Positions 60,931-64,000 of a stretch of DNA of 64,000 nucleotides are shown here, one piece after another. The notes beneath the pieces are model-generated. The model was given only the letters and a program-made list of their open reading frames with translations. It had not been told where the DNA came from and ran no database searches. This DNA comes from an uncultured Candidatus Babeliaceae bacterium (lineage in GTDB: Bacteria; Babelota; Babeliae; Babelales; Babelaceae). The stretch covers positions 64,001-128,000 of the forward strand of contig OY969927.1 in assembly GCA_963704655.1 (NCBI GenBank), given 5' to 3'. The first letter of the stretch is position 1. The number at the start of each line of letters is the position of its first letter. The translations under genes and the position numbers were made by a program.

Positions 60931-61779
60931 TTATTTAATCGGCGGCTTGATAATGCCCTGTTTGACAAGCTCTTGTTCGATAGAAGAATGGTCGCCAGTG
61001 TAATGGATCGAAGGGATATTATGGTTTTGGGCCGCTTTTATATTTACTGGCTCGTTATCGATAAAAAGATATTCTGTTTCATCTGGGTTGCCATATCTTT
61101 TAAATATCTCTTGGTAAAATTCAGGGTGTGGCTTATTATACCCAATATAGCCAGAAACGATCATGTTTTCTGGTTTCACGTAGGCACATAATTTTTGTCC
61201 AACGTCAGATGCTAAAAATAATGGATATGAATGTTGGTCCCAGTTTGAGACAACAACAATAGTGTGTTGGGTCAGATCGATGCGTTCAAGCAATTGCATC
61301 ATGGGCTCAATTGCATACTGATGTTTTACCAACTTTTCTGGCGTGAACATAGCTTCTATAGCATTGCGCACAACCATATATTCAAAGTATGAGCTAAAGA
61401 AACCTTCTTGATAAAATTTATCGATATGCTCGAGTATTTTGGTGCGAGTTTCTGTTGCATCAGGATACTTGCCTGCCATCCAATCACAATAGATTTTAGG
61501 TAATGTAGATCTATTATGTGTAATAACTTCAGTTTGTTCTAGTGGCGTTCTTGGAGCAATTTTATCAAGTGTGGCAAACATTTTTTGTTTCGGATTTAAC
61601 TGCAGTCCGTTGGTAAGGGCACTAAGTAAAATATTTGGTATACCAAGCTCTTGAATTGCATAGGTGGGTTGATTGACATCAACAAACGTTCCGCCAAGAT
61701 CACAAAGAATAATTTTAGCTTCTAAAGCATTCATACCGAGAGCCAAGAGAATAGATAAGATTGTAACTGCTTGTTTCAT
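60931..61779 (-). CDS. exported HAD-IA family hydrolase, paralog 2
   Basis: Signal peptide; CDLGGT, VSNW, NKPHP, FIDN. Confidence 0.8.
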   Translation of the reverse strand: MKQAVTILSILLALGMNALEAKIILCDLGGTFVDVNQPTYAIQELGIPNILLSALTNGLQLNPKQKMFATLDKIAPRTPLEQTEVITHNRSTLPKIYCDWMAGKYPDATETRTKILEHIDKFYQEGFFSSYFEYMVVRNAIEAMFTPEKLVKHQYAIEPMMQLLERIDLTQHTIVVVSNWDQHSYPLFLASDVGQKLCAYVKPENMIVSGYIGYNKPHPEFYQEIFKRYGNPDETEYLFIDNEPVNIKAAQNHNIPSIHYTGDHSSIEQELVKQGIIKPPIK

Positions 61780-61787
61780 AAGTATAG

Positions 61788-62699
61788 TTAGTTTTGTCTT
61801 AAAATGTTACGGTTTTTAAATTCTTGTTCAATTTCTTTAACATTACCATGAGCATGAATCGCATAAATGCCACATTCTTGCGCAGTTGCACAGTTTGCCG
61901 CATCATTATCGATAAAGATACATTTTGCAGGGTCGAGCCTGTAGGTATAAATAACATAATCAAAAAATGAAGGGTGTGGTTTGTTTAAACCGATTTCACC
62001 AGATATCACCATATTTTTTCTATCAATATATTGGCTCAATTTAGCGCCACAAGGTGAGTTGATAAAAAGGTCAAATGATGCTGAGTCCCAGTTTGAAAGA
62101 ATCATACAGGTATGGACATCATGGTTGATTCGTTCAAGAAGTTTGTACATGGGTTTGATTATTGCCTGGTATTGAACCAATATTTCAGGGTCAAACATAG
62201 CGCGTACAGCTTTGCGAATAAGACGATATTCACGTTTATTGATAAAGATGCCAACGTCATACAGCTGATCTATACCTTCTTCAAGCTCTTCTATCCATGC
62301 GTACGGATTTTCATCAAAAGCGCCTGCAAGCCAGAGTGCCATAATTCTTGGCAAATTGCACGTGCCGTTATGCTTACATTTAAATTGTTCAGGGCCTTCT
62401 TGCGGTCCGCCTAAGATCTCAAGTACCTCAAAAAGGCGTGCTTGAATCTTATTTTTATCAAAACCAGCATCGAAAACAACATACATGGCCGCATCAAGCG
62501 TGCCAAGCTCACTTGCAAATGACATTTTATTAACATCAACTAATGTGCCACCAAGATCCCACATAATGGTAAGTGGCTCTATCTGAGTTGTTTGTTCTTC
62601 AACAAGCTCTGTTTGAGTAAAGTAAGGGATATATGATACCGGCGCTTGCGCTGTAAAAAGCGACAAAAGCGGTATTAAAGATAAAATCTGTTTCTTCAT
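61788..62699 (-). CDS. exported HAD-IA family hydrolase, paralog 3
   Basis: Signal peptide; WDLGGT, LSNW, NKPHP, FIDND. Confidence 0.8.
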   Translation of the reverse strand: MKKQILSLIPLLSLFTAQAPVSYIPYFTQTELVEEQTTQIEPLTIMWDLGGTLVDVNKMSFASELGTLDAAMYVVFDAGFDKNKIQARLFEVLEILGGPQEGPEQFKCKHNGTCNLPRIMALWLAGAFDENPYAWIEELEEGIDQLYDVGIFINKREYRLIRKAVRAMFDPEILVQYQAIIKPMYKLLERINHDVHTCMILSNWDSASFDLFINSPCGAKLSQYIDRKNMVISGEIGLNKPHPSFFDYVIYTYRLDPAKCIFIDNDAANCATAQECGIYAIHAHGNVKEIEQEFKNRNILRQN

Positions 62700-62724
62700 A
62701 CGTAAATAACCTCCATAAGATTTT

Positions 62725-63546
62725 TTAACTTATCAAGCCCATTTTCTTGAGTTCGTTTTTAATAAAATTAAAGTCGTTAGCTTTATATTGAATAGTTTTC
62801 ATGCCAAGACTTTGTGCTGCTTTAATAACATCTGGGTCGGTATTAATCACGAGGCATTCTTCTGGGTTTAGATGCTGTTCTTTCATAATAAGACTAAAAA
62901 ATGCAGGGTCCTGAAGGACAAGGCCTTTTAAATTGTCTTTAAGTGTTCCAGAGTTATAAATAGCATTAAAGTTTGGTAATACCCGTTTACCAATTGCCGA
63001 GCTTTGTAGCTCTTTAAATGATGCTGGGTCATAGTTAGAAGCTAAAATTTGTTTTACGTTAGGTTGTGATTTTTTTATGCGATTTACAAGTTTAAAACCA
63101 TCTTCAAGAACACTGGTAACTCCGACAAGTTTGTCCGGTGTAAAGACGATATCGGTAATTTTTGTCATAAAAGAATCATTTTTAAAAGCATTGCGTGCTG
63201 CGTGACGAATATCATGAGCCGATTTTTCACCCGTGAGCCATTCACGCATAATAAGCGGAAGCGGTTTATTGTTCTCTGGGTCATTAGCTTTATACTGCTG
63301 ATTTTGATATCCAAAATTTTGAGAAAGTTTATCAAAAAGGTCCTTTTGTACCTCTGGAGCCCTGCCAGCATTAAAAATACTGGTAAGTAAACCCAAACTC
63401 TTAAACATTGAAAAGCGATCTTGATAGAATAGGCCAGGTTTACTCCAAAATACGGCTTTAATGGCAGCTTCTAAGGGTATATAGGGTGTTAATACCATAA
63501 TGCCAAAAAAAGCGAATAAAAGGGTATTTTTGATTGAAATCTTCAT
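62725..63546 (-). CDS. exported HAD-like protein, catalytically degenerate paralog 4
   Basis: AVFWSKPG replaces motif I; LASNY; LNPEECLVINTD; same helical cap (LPLIMREWLTG). Confidence 0.7.
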   Translation of the reverse strand: MKISIKNTLLFAFFGIMVLTPYIPLEAAIKAVFWSKPGLFYQDRFSMFKSLGLLTSIFNAGRAPEVQKDLFDKLSQNFGYQNQQYKANDPENNKPLPLIMREWLTGEKSAHDIRHAARNAFKNDSFMTKITDIVFTPDKLVGVTSVLEDGFKLVNRIKKSQPNVKQILASNYDPASFKELQSSAIGKRVLPNFNAIYNSGTLKDNLKGLVLQDPAFFSLIMKEQHLNPEECLVINTDPDVIKAAQSLGMKTIQYKANDFNFIKNELKKMGLIS

Positions 63547-63680
63547 ATTCCGGTCCTTAAAGTTCAGTTTTCGGGTTTAAAATTCAGTTATTATTTATAA
63601 TTCTATAGATTCTACAGTTTTGCGCAACTATAGAAGGTTTTGGTCGATTTGATCGCATTATGCGTTTTAGGGGGATCCTT

Positions 63681-64000
63681 TCATTTTTTTCCATGAAAAA
63701 GCCTGCCAAAAAACCGTGCCATAGCACCTTTCTTATGTTTTTTTGTATATTTATCAAGCGTTTCAGGTGAAATTTCATGCATATTTTTAAGCTTTTCAAC
63801 ACTATGGGTATTTTGACCAATTATAGCGTCAATTTCTTGATATAAAGTGGGTGATACTTGGCCTCTTAATGTTCTTAAAAGTCTTTCCTGTTCGGTTAAG
63901 TTTCCAAGAACTTCGCCATTTGTTGTGTCAATTTGATTGAACCACTCGCCAAGAAGGGCCTTAATATCTTTTTCAGCGTCCTGGAGCTTTTTTTCTATAA
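63681..64000 (-). CDS. hypothetical protein, 5' truncated by window edge
   Basis: Manually read open frame IEKKLQDAEKDIKALLGEWF...KKGAMARFFGRLFHGKK* ending at TGA 63681-63683. Confidence 0.6.
   Translation of the reverse strand, partial: IEKKLQDAEKDIKALLGEWFNQIDTTNGEVLGNLTEQERLLRTLRGQVSPTLYQEIDAIIGQNTHSVEKLKNMHEISPETLDKYTKKHKKGAMARFFGRLFHGKK

Noticed and set aside
63584-63820. 78 aa ORF from the track
   Set aside because: It overlaps a longer open frame (63681 to beyond 64000) with more protein-like composition

Overview
AT-rich bacterial chromosomal segment. Its style (many short proteins with MKK-type signal peptides, ankyrin/F-box-like and TPR/Sel1-like proteins) suggests an intracellular parasite of protists, most likely Candidatus Dependentiae (TM6/Babelota); this is an inference and the 16S gene should be classified to confirm it. 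Core content: one rRNA operon (three tandem promoters, 16S, tRNA-Ile, tRNA-Ala, 23S, 5S) plus an extra 5S copy beyond speD; a tRNA-rpmG-secE-nusG-rplKAJL-rpoBC cluster in which rpoB/rpoC carry many frameshifts that look like sequencing errors; rpsO-pnp-rph; prfB, sodA, murA, atpG, tsaE, glmM and a degenerate cdaA-cdaR pair. Accessory content is dominated by predicted exported proteins. The most striking element is a cluster at 56.3-60.8 kb of signal-peptide proteins that combine an N-terminal PPxY motif, helical repeats and C-terminal CaaX prenylation boxes (CVIL, CVLL, CQIL), bracketed by four exported HAD paralogs. Other candidate host-directed proteins include a secreted C2H2 zinc-finger protein, two secreted proteins with bZIP-basic-like motifs, three paralogs with a possible ADP-ribosyltransferase-like motif order, and an ankyrin-like protein with a C-terminal F-box-like motif. 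A small GC-rich palindromic repeat family is also present; one copy sits between the OPT gene end and a synonymously diverged duplicate of that end.
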